DNA of 64,000 nt from the NCBI GenBank assembly GCA_963666285.1, contig OY762711.1. One strand, given 5' to 3'. Position 1 is the first letter of the stretch. Each line of letters opens with the position of its first letter. Source of the DNA: Sedimentisphaerales bacterium (GTDB taxonomy: Bacteria > Planctomycetota > Phycisphaerae > Sedimentisphaerales > SM23-30). This document shows, in pieces, positions 19,226 through 29,609 of this stretch. Both the position numbers and the translations under genes were made by a program. The notes under the pieces are model-generated. The model was not told where the DNA came from, searched no databases, and was given only the letters and a program-made list of their open reading frames with translations.

Positions 19226-20068
19226 TTATGATAATACAATATTATCAATAAGCCGAGTATTACCTATATATACCGCCAGAGCAACCAGCACCGGAGCTTC
19301 TATTTTATCAACATATGTTATTAACTCATTATCAACAATAGAGATATAATCTATTTTAGCCATTGAATAATCAGAAATAACTTGCCTCATTTCATCAATA
19401 ATGACCTTACAATCCATGCAACCGTTATTAAACTGCTGTTCTGCGGTATCAATAGCTTTTTTAAGGCATATCGCCTGCTGCCTTTCCTCTTTATTCAAAT
19501 ATTTATTCCTGCTGGACATAGCCAGTCCATCAGACTCACGAATTATTGGGCAACGTTTAATTTGTGTCGGAAAATTGAGCTGTTCGGTCATTTTTTCGAT
19601 AATTGATACCTGTTGAGCATCCTTTTGACCAAAATAAGCGATATCAGGCAATACTATATTGAATAGTTTGGCTACTACGGTTGTAACTCCCCGGAAATGG
19701 GTTGGCCTGGAACTGCCGCATAGATTCTCGGTCAATCCCTCAACTGTTACCCAGGTCAAGGTTTTGTCTGGATACATCACCTCCGGCGTAGGGGCAAAAA
19801 TCAAATCGGCTCCACAGGATTTACACCCGGCACAATCCTGCTCAAATGTCTTAGGATATTTATCTAAATCTTCGTTTGGACCAAATTGTGTTGGATTTAC
19901 AAATATTGTTACAACTACATAATCACATTCTTTACGGCATTGACTTACCAGCGAATAATGGCCGTCATGAAGCGCCCCCATTGTAGGAACAACTCCAACT
20001 ACTTTGCCGGCAGCCTTTGCGGAATATATCTCTTTTCTAACACTATCTATAGTATCAGCTATTATCAT
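19226..20068 (-). CDS. panC: Pantoate-beta-alanine ligase
   Basis: VPTMGALHDGH, IFVNPTQF, RPTHFRGV, YFGQKDAQQ, GLAMSSRN, RLIDN. Confidence 0.97.
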   Translation of the reverse strand: MIIADTIDSVRKEIYSAKAAGKVVGVVPTMGALHDGHYSLVSQCRKECDYVVVTIFVNPTQFGPNEDLDKYPKTFEQDCAGCKSCGADLIFAPTPEVMYPDKTLTWVTVEGLTENLCGSSRPTHFRGVTTVVAKLFNIVLPDIAYFGQKDAQQVSIIEKMTEQLNFPTQIKRCPIIRESDGLAMSSRNKYLNKEERQQAICLKKAIDTAEQQFNNGCMDCKVIIDEMRQVISDYSMAKIDYISIVDNELITYVDKIEAPVLVALAVYIGNTRLIDNIVLS

Positions 20069-20666
20069 TTTCTGCTTTCGCTCCTAACTCCAGCTTTTTC
20101 CTCTGCTTTTTCTTAAGTAGAGCCTTCATAAACCTTTTACCTTCTGAAGTATGATTCCTGTAAAAATATATCAGGCGGTAACTCAGAAAATAAGTAACTA
20201 TGCCTAAAACCAGGCCAATAATGATACTTCCTACCCAAAGGTCAACAATAAAGGCCATACATTCGGAAACAATATCTGTAAAGTTACTTATTTTACCAGA
20301 ATAAAACAGCTCTTTAGTGCTATTGACAACTGTTAAAGTAAGCTCCTTGAAATCCTGGTAATTCATTCTGGGACGATGAAGACATATTGCCATTATGGCA
20401 TTGCCAATTAGATAGTTTGGCCAATAAATCGCCAAAAAAGTAAATGGATTTGAAATCCAGACAAATGGCAAGCCAACAATTTTATTAGCACGCAGCAAAA
20501 CAGCAAACATAACAACAAGTATCGATTGCAAACCGATAGTTGGTGTCCACGAAACAAAAAAACCTATTGCTACTCCTAAAGCAAGCCTGTGAGGTGTGTC
20601 ATCTATGTGTAAAATATTATGAACAATAAATTGTTTAATTTTATTTACTGTTGTTTTTATCGGCAC
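20055..20666 (-). CDS. DUF2062-family membrane protein
   Basis: DTPHRLALGVAIGFF..PTIGLQ, WISNPFT; overlaps the panC start. Confidence 0.85.
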   Translation of the reverse strand: MPIKTTVNKIKQFIVHNILHIDDTPHRLALGVAIGFFVSWTPTIGLQSILVVMFAVLLRANKIVGLPFVWISNPFTFLAIYWPNYLIGNAIMAICLHRPRMNYQDFKELTLTVVNSTKELFYSGKISNFTDIVSECMAFIVDLWVGSIIIGLVLGIVTYFLSYRLIYFYRNHTSEGKRFMKALLKKKQRKKLELGAKAENDNS

Positions 20667-20723
20667 AGTCTTTTTAACCTTAATATTATGCGGGATAAAC
20701 TACTTCTCAATTAATTATACTTA

Positions 20724-21902
20724 TTATTTCCTGGCCAAATTTTCGGTAAGAACATGTACCAAGGTTTCTCGACTCAGAGGCTTGGAAATATAACCGTTAC
20801 AGCCGGAACTAATACATTCCTGTTCGTCATATGGCATTGCAAATGCCGTAACAGCTATAATTGGTTTATCAAACCCATCCGCTCTAAGTCGAGAGGTAAC
20901 TTCTAAACCACTCATATCTGGCATTCGAATATCCATCAAAATTATATCATAGCTATTATCTATCATCTCTAAAACAGCTTTTCCATTTTTGGCAAATTCA
21001 CACTTACAACCAAGATTCTCCAGGATAACCTTCATAAGCTTTCTGCTTGAATAATTATCATCGGCAACCAGTACTTTTGACGAAAACATGGCAGGCGATT
21101 CAGAACTTGTAACAGGTAAGGTATCATTCACTTTCAAATGATCTTCCTTCTGCTTGATAGTATCATGAGAAACCGTCTCAATTGGAAGACAAATACTAAA
21201 ATCTGAGCCCTCCCCTGGTACACTGTCAAAATATACCGCTCCGTTATTTAGACCGACTAAAGCTGCAAGAATTGTTAGCCCCATACCGGAAGTCATCATT
21301 TCATGATCACCTCTTTCAAATGGTTCAAATACAGTCTGCTGTAGCTCGTATTCGATGCCAACTCCATCGTCGACAACATCGATGAGTAAAAATGAACCGT
21401 CATCTTCTTCATATTTCGAACTGATAGAAAGAGTTATATTACCGGAATCCGTATATGTTAAAGCATTATCTAACAAAATGTCAATACAACGAATAATATG
21501 GTCCTGACAACCATTGAATGTTTTGGGTAGTCCCTGGGAACGTACTATTTCAAATGTATGGTTGCTAACTTTCATAGCACCTGTCCAGTTCTCGTCCACT
21601 ATCTTAATCAGACCATCAGTTACTATCGGTCTGCGAATAACGCCAGCCTGATCCATTGCACGAATGCGAGAATACTCTACAATCTTATCTGTCATACCAA
21701 TAAGACCGTTACCATTTTCCAGGATGGAATGCACAAACTCCTTTTGCTGCTCACTTAAAGCGTCATTTTCTAAAACCGTTCCAAAACCAATGATACCGTT
21801 CATATAGGTACGTATTTCATGACCCATAAGTGTAATGAAGCGGGTATTACTTTGGATCATCTGCTTTAACTGATCATCATAATTATTTTCAAAAACAGGC
21901 AT
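20724..21902 (-). CDS. Cytoplasmic hybrid histidine kinase/response regulator
   Basis: H-box HEIRT, N-box LLDNALTYT, DDGVGI, FEPF, C-terminal REC (VADDN, MDIRMP, KP); GGAGG before ATG 21902; no sensor domain. Confidence 0.9.
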   Translation of the reverse strand: MPVFENNYDDQLKQMIQSNTRFITLMGHEIRTYMNGIIGFGTVLENDALSEQQKEFVHSILENGNGLIGMTDKIVEYSRIRAMDQAGVIRRPIVTDGLIKIVDENWTGAMKVSNHTFEIVRSQGLPKTFNGCQDHIIRCIDILLDNALTYTDSGNITLSISSKYEEDDGSFLLIDVVDDGVGIEYELQQTVFEPFERGDHEMMTSGMGLTILAALVGLNNGAVYFDSVPGEGSDFSICLPIETVSHDTIKQKEDHLKVNDTLPVTSSESPAMFSSKVLVADDNYSSRKLMKVILENLGCKCEFAKNGKAVLEMIDNSYDIILMDIRMPDMSGLEVTSRLRADGFDKPIIAVTAFAMPYDEQECISSGCNGYISKPLSRETLVHVLTENLARK

Positions 21903-22012
21903 AATACCTCCTGGCGGAGAAAACACTTTTTCTTTTTATCGCTATTTGTAAATATTCACATCTTCTGACAATATATTATAGTTTTCTGTATAACAGTAAG
22001 ATCAAGTTTAAG

Positions 22013-23173
22013 TTACCGACAGCCTGTATCTTTTATTTTACGGTAACTCTCCTTACAATATCTATCTGTCATTCCTGAAATATAATCACAGGCAACACGC
22101 TCTGCTGACATTTCTTCCAGTCGTTCGCGAAATCTCTTCGGCAACAATGCAGGATGGCTCACATACTGCTCAAATAGATAGCCTATTTCTTCACCTGCTC
22201 GACTTCTTGCCTGAGCTACTGTTGGGTGTTTATATACTCTATTATAGAGAAAATTCTCAAGCTGGCCTAGCTGTCTTAAGCTCCTCTCTGATAAACCTAC
22301 AACCTTAATTTCTGCATTTTTTATATCCGTTGGTGTTTTAGGTGCAAGTTTAATTAAGTTTTTCTCTGACGTTTCAAGAGCATCACTAACCATTTTATTT
22401 ATAATCAGTTTAGCACATCGCAGCTGCCTCGCGAACTTATGAGCATCAGGATATAATTCCTGAACCAATTCTTTAACATCTTCATAAAGCTCAATATCCT
22501 TTAGATCCTCCTCCTTTATCAGGCCGGCTGCCAGGGAGTCATCCAAATCATGAGAATCATAGGCTATGGAATCAGCCAGATCGGCTATTTGCCCTTCCAG
22601 GGAATTCTGGCCTGTACCAAATTCCTCTAAGATATCTGGTGAATCATAACGCGTCTCATGTTTTGCCAAACAATTCCTGGTCTCAAAACACAAATTCAAA
22701 CCTCGAAAATTAGGATATGGATGCTCCAGGTAGTCAACTACTCTGAGCGACTGACGGTTATGTTCAAAACCGCCATACCCTTTCATAAGTTCATCAAGCA
22801 CAGCTTCGCCGCAATGGCCATAAGGCGGATGGCCCAGGTCATGTGCTAACGCGGCAGATTCGGTTAAGTCCTCATTGACCCCTAAAGCCCTGGCTAACGT
22901 TCTCGCTACCTGTGATACTTCAATACTGTGCGTAAGCCTGGTCCGGAAATAATCTGTGCCCGTATCACCAAAAACCTGTGTCTTGGCTTCTAACCTGCGA
23001 AAAGAGGCCGAGTGCAATATACGGTCACGATCGCGTTGAAAACAAGTACGATATTCATGTTCTGGTTCTTCAAAACAACGAGCTGGAGAATCGCTGCTTA
23101 ATATAGCATAACCTGCCAGCTGAGCCTTTTCATACTCTTGATATTGTTGCCTTGTTACTAGATACCTATTCAA
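22013..23173 (-). CDS. dgt: Deoxyguanosinetriphosphate triphosphohydrolase-like protein
   Basis: FQRDRDRILHS..FRRL..KTQVF, RTRLTHS, AHDLGHPPYGH, FEHN, DYISGMTD; TTG 23173 preferred as start. Confidence 0.93.
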   Translation of the reverse strand: MNRYLVTRQQYQEYEKAQLAGYAILSSDSPARCFEEPEHEYRTCFQRDRDRILHSASFRRLEAKTQVFGDTGTDYFRTRLTHSIEVSQVARTLARALGVNEDLTESAALAHDLGHPPYGHCGEAVLDELMKGYGGFEHNRQSLRVVDYLEHPYPNFRGLNLCFETRNCLAKHETRYDSPDILEEFGTGQNSLEGQIADLADSIAYDSHDLDDSLAAGLIKEEDLKDIELYEDVKELVQELYPDAHKFARQLRCAKLIINKMVSDALETSEKNLIKLAPKTPTDIKNAEIKVVGLSERSLRQLGQLENFLYNRVYKHPTVAQARSRAGEEIGYLFEQYVSHPALLPKRFRERLEEMSAERVACDYISGMTDRYCKESYRKIKDTGCR

Positions 23174-23521
23174 GTAGAACCTATACCCCTCTCGCCTGTC
23201 TTTGCTAACATCAGCTCCAATCGCTTTAAAAACGACTTGCACACATTTACACAAAATAACGAATATGATTATCAAATATAATAATAAAAATGTCAAGTTC
23301 TAACAATAAAGAATAGTATAGATATCACAAATATTGTAGCAATTATAAATATACAAACAGACCTCCTGCAATCTGGGATAATTATTGTATTTTTGTACAA
23401 TCATTGATATACTAATCAAATATTGATATTATCTAGCTTCGATGGGCAATTTTGAAGATAATAGATAAATGCCAAATATTCCTGCCTTATTACTATACTA
23501 AATTAACCCAAGGATAAAATC

Positions 23522-25153
23522 ATGGTCAAGAAAAGTATTTATTTGTCGATGGTAGTTGCGTGGATGCTGATCTCGGGATGCAATTCAGGTGAAAAAGAGG
23601 AACGTGATATTGTCGTAGAAAAATTTGGCGAGAATATAAAGAGTATCTGCCATTTGGCCGGCTATGAAGGTCTTCGCGTTTCCGGATATTCACTGGTATG
23701 GGGTCTTCAGGGAACAGGTTCGGCGGAATGCCCACCTGATATTAGAAATGTGTTAATAAAGCATATCAAAGTTCTTAAATCATCTGATAAGAAATACTTA
23801 CCAGATAAATATGCAAAAATGTCAGCGGAACAGCTGATAAACAGCCACGATACCGCCGTAGTAAGGATATCCGGTACAGTACCAGCCGGAGCACCGGCGG
23901 AGACGAAATTTGACGTAAATGTTTACATACCATTTGCCAGCCAGACAACGAGCCTGGAAGGCGGCACCCTGCTGCCGACAGAACTTCGCCGGGTGGAAGG
24001 CGGAATTCCGGGCCGTGAAGTGGCCATAGCAGGCGGACCTATCTATATAGATCCACTGCCTCTCTATCAGGAAGGTGAGATAAAAAAAGCAGATAAGCGT
24101 TTTGGCACCGTACTGGGCGGCGGTATAAGTAAATATGACCGCAAGATCAAGCTGGTATTATTTGAAGCAGATTCCAGGGTAGCCCAGCTGGTACAAAAAA
24201 GAATAAACAGCCGATTTCCCATTGATGAATTCAAGAAGGTGGCAATTGCCCAAAACCGTGAATACCTGACAATCAACATACCAGAAGAATATAAAGAAGA
24301 CTACAATTATTTCATTAAGATATTGTTAAATCTATACTTAAATGACAGTTTCACATACCAGGAGCAAAAACTGGCAGAACTGGAAGAAAAAGCCAAATCA
24401 CCTGATGCCAACTTTGAAGAGATCACCTTGGCCTGGGAGGCAATAGGCAAGGGAGCATTACCAAACCTGAATAAGCTATGTGAAAACCTGGATACAGTAG
24501 AAGCATTTTATGCAGCCAGAACCGTTCTTCATATGAACGATCTAAGCGTAATCAAGCCTTTAAGCCTGATATCCAGGAATGAAAAACACCCATGCCGATA
24601 CAAAGCCGCCTCAACATTGAGTACTGCCGTAGATGATCCTATGGCATCATGGACCCTGGCCGGATTGCTAAATAGTAATGATGATAAGATGCGAATGATA
24701 GCTTACGATGCTCTCAGAAAAGGAAATCACATCAATATTATCCCTATTAAGCTGGCAAACAACTCCACCATGGATTCGGTTAAATCCGAGGCAAAGAATA
24801 TGATATGTGCGTGGGCGGCACTTGAACCTCGAATCGCAGTATTTGGGCGGTCCATTAAAATGGAAGACAATATATTCTATACAAACGAGGCTTCCGGCGT
24901 AGTAATCAATTCTCTGGAAAATGATCCGACATTATCTATCACCAGACAGTTGCCTGACAGCAGTAAGTTTGTTAAAATGACCTGTCCGGCAAAAGTTGAA
25001 AATCTGATTGCAAAGCTAAGCGGTCCGGAAAAAGACGAAACCGGAGCCGGTTTGAGTTTTGGCCAGACAATCGGCATATTGTATGAAATGTGTGAAAAAG
25101 GCTTTATTGACGCAGAATTCAAGATGAAGCGTATGAAAGACAAACTGGAATAA
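23522..25153 (+). CDS. FlgI (flagellar P-ring)-like lipoprotein with HEAT-repeat region
   Basis: Lipobox ISGC; VSGYSLVWGLQGTGS, TAVV, TTSLEGGTLLPTEL FlgI motifs; helical HEAT-like middle part. Confidence 0.8.
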   Translation: MVKKSIYLSMVVAWMLISGCNSGEKEERDIVVEKFGENIKSICHLAGYEGLRVSGYSLVWGLQGTGSAECPPDIRNVLIKHIKVLKSSDKKYLPDKYAKMSAEQLINSHDTAVVRISGTVPAGAPAETKFDVNVYIPFASQTTSLEGGTLLPTELRRVEGGIPGREVAIAGGPIYIDPLPLYQEGEIKKADKRFGTVLGGGISKYDRKIKLVLFEADSRVAQLVQKRINSRFPIDEFKKVAIAQNREYLTINIPEEYKEDYNYFIKILLNLYLNDSFTYQEQKLAELEEKAKSPDANFEEITLAWEAIGKGALPNLNKLCENLDTVEAFYAARTVLHMNDLSVIKPLSLISRNEKHPCRYKAASTLSTAVDDPMASWTLAGLLNSNDDKMRMIAYDALRKGNHINIIPIKLANNSTMDSVKSEAKNMICAWAALEPRIAVFGRSIKMEDNIFYTNEASGVVINSLENDPTLSITRQLPDSSKFVKMTCPAKVENLIAKLSGPEKDETGAGLSFGQTIGILYEMCEKGFIDAEFKMKRMKDKLE

Positions 25154-25397
25154 GCCTGGTTTTAAGATACCGGATACAGTTTCAGTTTTAAGCAGAAACC
25201 CAAGAAATCCATGTAAATGCATTAAAATAAACACTTTAAAACAATAAGTAATATTTTAATACATTACAATCTTATAATTATGAAATTATAACAGAGAAAA
25301 GAGCAAGGCTTGGGCCGTCCATCTTAAAATGGCGGCTATTTCTATGGGTATCTCTCATAGAAAATGGAGCGATTAATAAATAAAAACAAAAAATAAC

Positions 25398-25426
25398 TAT
25401 AGCAATTCCCGGCTATGTTCCGATAA
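25398..25426 (+). promoter_or_regulatory. Putative sigma28-type promoter of smc
   Basis: TATAG-N16-TCCGATAA, about 120 bp upstream of the smc start. Confidence 0.5.
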
Positions 25427-25547
25427 CTAGATAAATAGAACAACAAAAGAGCTCTAAATGTTGTTGATTTAATCGGTGGAACCGGTATTATTATGCCACT
25501 AGAATAGTCTGTTGAATGTGGTAAGTCACGGAGGACGTGAATTAATT

Positions 25548-28500
25548 ATGAAGTTGAAAAAGATAATTGTCTGCGGTTTTAAAAGCTTTGCAGACAAAAC
25601 AGAATTTGAATTCGGTGATGGTATTACCGTTGTAGTAGGCCCTAACGGCTGCGGCAAGAGCAATGTAGTTGATGCCGTAAAGTGGGTGCTAGGCGAGCAG
25701 TCTGCCAAGAGTCTGCGCGGTACCCAAATGCTGGATGTAATCTTCAATGGCTCCGGTACTCGCAAGGCAATGGGATTTGCCGAAGTAACCCTGATTTTTG
25801 ACAATGTCGATAAACAGCTATCTGCAGATTACGATGAAATTGCAATCACCCGCAAACTATTCAGAAGCGGTGAAAGTCAATATAAATTAAATGGTAAAAA
25901 CACCCGTCTAAAAGATATCAAAGAAATGTTTATGGGTACCGGCCTGGGCTCAAACGCCTATTCGATCATCGAACAGGGTCGAGTAACCCAGCTTTTGCAG
26001 GCCCCCAAGGAAGAGCGTCGCGCTATTTTCGAAGAAGCTGCCGGTATCAGTCGTTACAAAGCCCGTAAAAAAGAGACGTTACGCAAGCTGGAACGTACCG
26101 AGCAGAACATGCTCAGACTGCATGATATCATAGCCGAGCTGGAAAAGCAGCTCCGTTCGATCAAGATCCAGGCCGGTAAAGCCCGCAACTACCAGACATA
26201 CACTTCAAGGTTAAACGAGCTCAGACTGAATCAGTATTTGAGCGAATACCGCAAGCTGCAGATGTCGGCTGAGAAATCCCGAGAAAAGGTAACCGTAATT
26301 CAGGACGAACTAATCGCACATACCGCCGAAATCGAAAAACGCAGTGCCAGACTTAGTATCCTGGAGCATGAAGCCCAGCAGTCAGATACCGAGATTCGCC
26401 AAAGCGAAAACCAGGTCATGCAATATACCAGCCAGATCAGCCAGCAGCAGGACCGCATCGAAATGGGCCACCGCCGCTGCGAAGAACTGCAGGAGATGCT
26501 AAAACAGAACAACAGCCGCATCGACGAGCTGAGGAAACAGTCTCACATCTTGAGTGAGAACATAAAAATGGCCCAGGAAGAGATAGAAAACTCCCAGGGC
26601 GAGCTGGATAAGAAACAGCATGAGCTGAACGAAAAACAGGAATACCGCAACCAGCAGGTATTGGAGCTAAACGAATATCGCAGTCAGCTGGACGATGAAA
26701 AAAGCGGCCTGATGGACATAGTCCGTCAGACGGCCCAGCTGCACAACGAGATTAATGCAATCGATATAAAATGCGAGAATCTGAGCGGCCAGAAAGAGAA
26801 GCTATCAGACAGGGTAGATGTGATCCGCAGTGAAATGCAGGATCTGCTAACCCGGCGGGCGGCCCATACCGAACAACTGGAAAGAATACATACCCTGCAG
26901 GAAAACTGCCGGATACAGTTGGAAGAAAAACGCGAGCAGCTGGCCTCGGTAAGCCAGGAACGGCTGGAATGCAGTGAAGACCTTTCATCGGCGAGAGAAT
27001 ATCGCAGCGGGCTCTTGAGCCGGAAACAGCTGCTGGAAGATATGGAAGCCAAGTTTGAGGGTCTGGACAAAGGTGTAAAAACCATTTTAGAGGACCACCG
27101 CCAGAACCCGGACAACTTTTATTATGTCCGCGGCCTGATCGCCGAGCTGATCCGTTCTGAAGTGAAATATGCCTCGGTTATCGAAGCGGCCCTGGGCAGC
27201 CAGTCCCAGAATATCGTTGTCACGAGCTCAGAAGAACTATTGAAAGATCAGGACAGGTTAAACGAACTGGCCGGCAGAGTATTTATGACCTGCCTGGACA
27301 AACAGCCGGCGTACAATGACAGTTTTGACATTTCGCAGCATCCCCAGATAAAAGCCAGACTGGCAGACCTTGTAACATCTCCGGAAGACTGCAAGCCGCT
27401 GGTATGGAACCTGCTGGGCAAGACAATGATGGTAGAATCGCTGGAAGATGCGTTTGCTATGGCACCTATCGCACCCGCTGACTACAGGTGGGTAACACTA
27501 TCCGGTGAGGTACTGGAACCAGACGGTACAGTAGCGATCGGCTCACAGATAATAGGCGGCGGCCTGATCTCTCGTAAGAGTGAACTGCGTGAACTGGACA
27601 ACTCGATCCGGGAAGCTCAAGAGCGGATAGAGACACTGGAACAAAGAAACACCCAGCTGGACAGCCAAACAGAACACCTGGAAAAGAACCTGCAGGAACT
27701 GCGTACCGCGGTTTATGAAGCAGGAACCGAAGAAGTAGAAACCCGTGGCAACCTGGAACGAATCGAGCAGAACGTAAACAGACTGCAGCAGGAAGAACCT
27801 CTGATCGCCAATGAAATCAGCAGTATCGAAACCCAGATCGGCCAGGCGATGCATTCCCAGGAACACGGCCGCCAGCAGCTGAAAGATCTTCAGGATCTGA
27901 ATACCGAACGACAATCCAGGGTAGAATTCCTGGAAGAACAAATCGATGTCCTGGAAGCACAGGATAACGAGATAGTCGAACAGATAACAAACATCAAAGT
28001 AGAGCTGGGCCAGTCGCGTCAGCGAAATATGGCACTGCACGATAAGATTACATCTTTGAAGACCCAGGCCCAGCAGGCAGACCACAATATCCAACTGCTG
28101 CAGAATGACCTGGACAACGCAGACCACAACTACCAGGAAACGCAGCGTTCGATACTGTCAGCTGAAAACCAGTTAAGCGAACTGTTCCTGATGCGTCAGC
28201 AACTGCAGGAACAGGTAAAAGATATGCGTGAGAAATTCGCTGCACTAACCGAAGAGCGAAAGCAGCTGACAATTGAAAGTAAAGAACTGGAGCACAAGCA
28301 CCAGGAATGTCAGCAGCAGCTGCATAACCTGCAGATGGCGTATAATGAGAACAGGCTGAGATGTGAAAATCTTACCCAACGAGCAATGGAAGAGATGAGC
28401 CTGAACCTGGAAGAGCAGTTGAAGACAACCGAAGTTCAGGAAATGGACTGGAACGCAGTAACAGCAGAGATAAAAGACCTGAAACAGAAGATCAACCGCC

Positions 28501-29132
28501 TGGGTAATATCAACCTGGGCGCGATCGAAGAGCAGGAAGAGCTGGAACAGCGTGCCGAAACCCTCAACCAGCAGTATAAGGACCTGAATGACGCCCGCAA
28601 ACAGATGGAAGAGCTGATCGAGAAGATCAATATCGAAAGTACCGAGCTGTTCCGCAAGAGCTTCGATACGATCAAGGGCAACTTCTCCGACCTGTTCCGC
28701 AAGCTGTTCGGCGGCGGACGAGCCGAGGTGATCCTGGAAGACCCAGAGAATCTGCTGGAGTCACCGATCGAGATAATCGCCCGCCCTCCGGGGAAACAGC
28801 CTCGCAGTATCTCGCAGCTTAGCGGTGGCGAAAAGACCATGGCAGCGGTAGCGTTAATCATGGCTATCTTTAAGAGCAAGCCAAGTCCGTTCTGCCTGCT
28901 GGACGAGGTAGATGCGGCGCTGGACGAGGCGAATGTGGAGCGATTCAATACCGTAATCCAGGAATTCCTGACCCAATCACAGTTTGTAGTGATTACCCAC
29001 TGCCGCAGAACCATGAGCATAGCAGATGTGATCTATGGTGTTACCATGCAGGAACAAGGAGTCAGTAAGAAAGTAGCAGTCAAGTTTGACAACTTTAGTG
29101 ATGACCTGGACGAAAATAACGCGGTAGCTTAA
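25548..29132 (+). CDS. smc: Chromosome segregation protein SMC
   Basis: GFKSFAD, GPNGCGKSN, coiled coils, hinge, LSGGEK signature, LLDEVDAALDEAN; ATG 25548 after GGAGG. Confidence 0.97.
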   Translation: MKLKKIIVCGFKSFADKTEFEFGDGITVVVGPNGCGKSNVVDAVKWVLGEQSAKSLRGTQMLDVIFNGSGTRKAMGFAEVTLIFDNVDKQLSADYDEIAITRKLFRSGESQYKLNGKNTRLKDIKEMFMGTGLGSNAYSIIEQGRVTQLLQAPKEERRAIFEEAAGISRYKARKKETLRKLERTEQNMLRLHDIIAELEKQLRSIKIQAGKARNYQTYTSRLNELRLNQYLSEYRKLQMSAEKSREKVTVIQDELIAHTAEIEKRSARLSILEHEAQQSDTEIRQSENQVMQYTSQISQQQDRIEMGHRRCEELQEMLKQNNSRIDELRKQSHILSENIKMAQEEIENSQGELDKKQHELNEKQEYRNQQVLELNEYRSQLDDEKSGLMDIVRQTAQLHNEINAIDIKCENLSGQKEKLSDRVDVIRSEMQDLLTRRAAHTEQLERIHTLQENCRIQLEEKREQLASVSQERLECSEDLSSAREYRSGLLSRKQLLEDMEAKFEGLDKGVKTILEDHRQNPDNFYYVRGLIAELIRSEVKYASVIEAALGSQSQNIVVTSSEELLKDQDRLNELAGRVFMTCLDKQPAYNDSFDISQHPQIKARLADLVTSPEDCKPLVWNLLGKTMMVESLEDAFAMAPIAPADYRWVTLSGEVLEPDGTVAIGSQIIGGGLISRKSELRELDNSIREAQERIETLEQRNTQLDSQTEHLEKNLQELRTAVYEAGTEEVETRGNLERIEQNVNRLQQEEPLIANEISSIETQIGQAMHSQEHGRQQLKDLQDLNTERQSRVEFLEEQIDVLEAQDNEIVEQITNIKVELGQSRQRNMALHDKITSLKTQAQQADHNIQLLQNDLDNADHNYQETQRSILSAENQLSELFLMRQQLQEQVKDMREKFAALTEERKQLTIESKELEHKHQECQQQLHNLQMAYNENRLRCENLTQRAMEEMSLNLEEQLKTTEVQEMDWNAVTAEIKDLKQKINRLGNINLGAIEEQEELEQRAETLNQQYKDLNDARKQMEELIEKINIESTELFRKSFDTIKGNFSDLFRKLFGGGRAEVILEDPENLLESPIEIIARPPGKQPRSISQLSGGEKTMAAVALIMAIFKSKPSPFCLLDEVDAALDEANVERFNTVIQEFLTQSQFVVITHCRRTMSIADVIYGVTMQEQGVSKKVAVKFDNFSDDLDENNAVA

Positions 29133-29244
29133 TTCCCACCCCCCAACCGACACCCATATAATATGGTTTTTTAGGGTATTTCTGCTTAGGGCGGACAAGT
29201 AAGCCCTAAGAAAGAGTAAAGTGTAAAATAAAAAATGTAAAGAA

Positions 29245-29286
29245 GGTGTCCTGCACCGTACGGTACATGACCTTATTTTAAAAGCT
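29245..29286 (+). repeat. Short intergenic hairpin repeat (GGTGT-hairpin-TTTTAAA family)
   Basis: GGTGTC-CTGCACCGTACGGTACAT-GACCTTATTTTAAAAGCT; flanks identical to 44985-45016. Confidence 0.65.
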
Positions 29287-29609
29287 GACGCAAAAGTCGG
29301 ATAGTATTGAAATAGTTATAATTATCTAAAATATAATATTTTTTAGAACCGGTTACAAATATCCATTATAGCATTACAACTGTCTATTTAAGGAATTTAC
29401 CGTATATGATACCCTAATATCTGTATCACATACTTGGTATAAGCTATTGTCGTTGCAGTAGTAAAATACTCAAACAGACAGATGGCCGATTTCCGCACAG
29501 GATTTGCAACCAGAAGATAAACAATACAAAATAATACGTTTCAGCCGGAACCTAAAACTCCGGCTGCTTAACAAAACCACAATAACTCCCTCCCAGAAAC
29601 ATTAATGCC

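Noticed and set aside
20657..20683. TTAAG-N14-GCCGATAA as a sigma28 promoter
   Set aside because: It overlaps the predicted GTG start codons of the DUF2062 gene and its spacing differs from the other sites; left out as ambiguous.
23174..23296. N-terminal extension of dgt in the ORF track
   Set aside because: The TTG at 23296 is the start of a TTGACA-N17-GATAAT promoter-like element; family similarity starts near TTG 23173.
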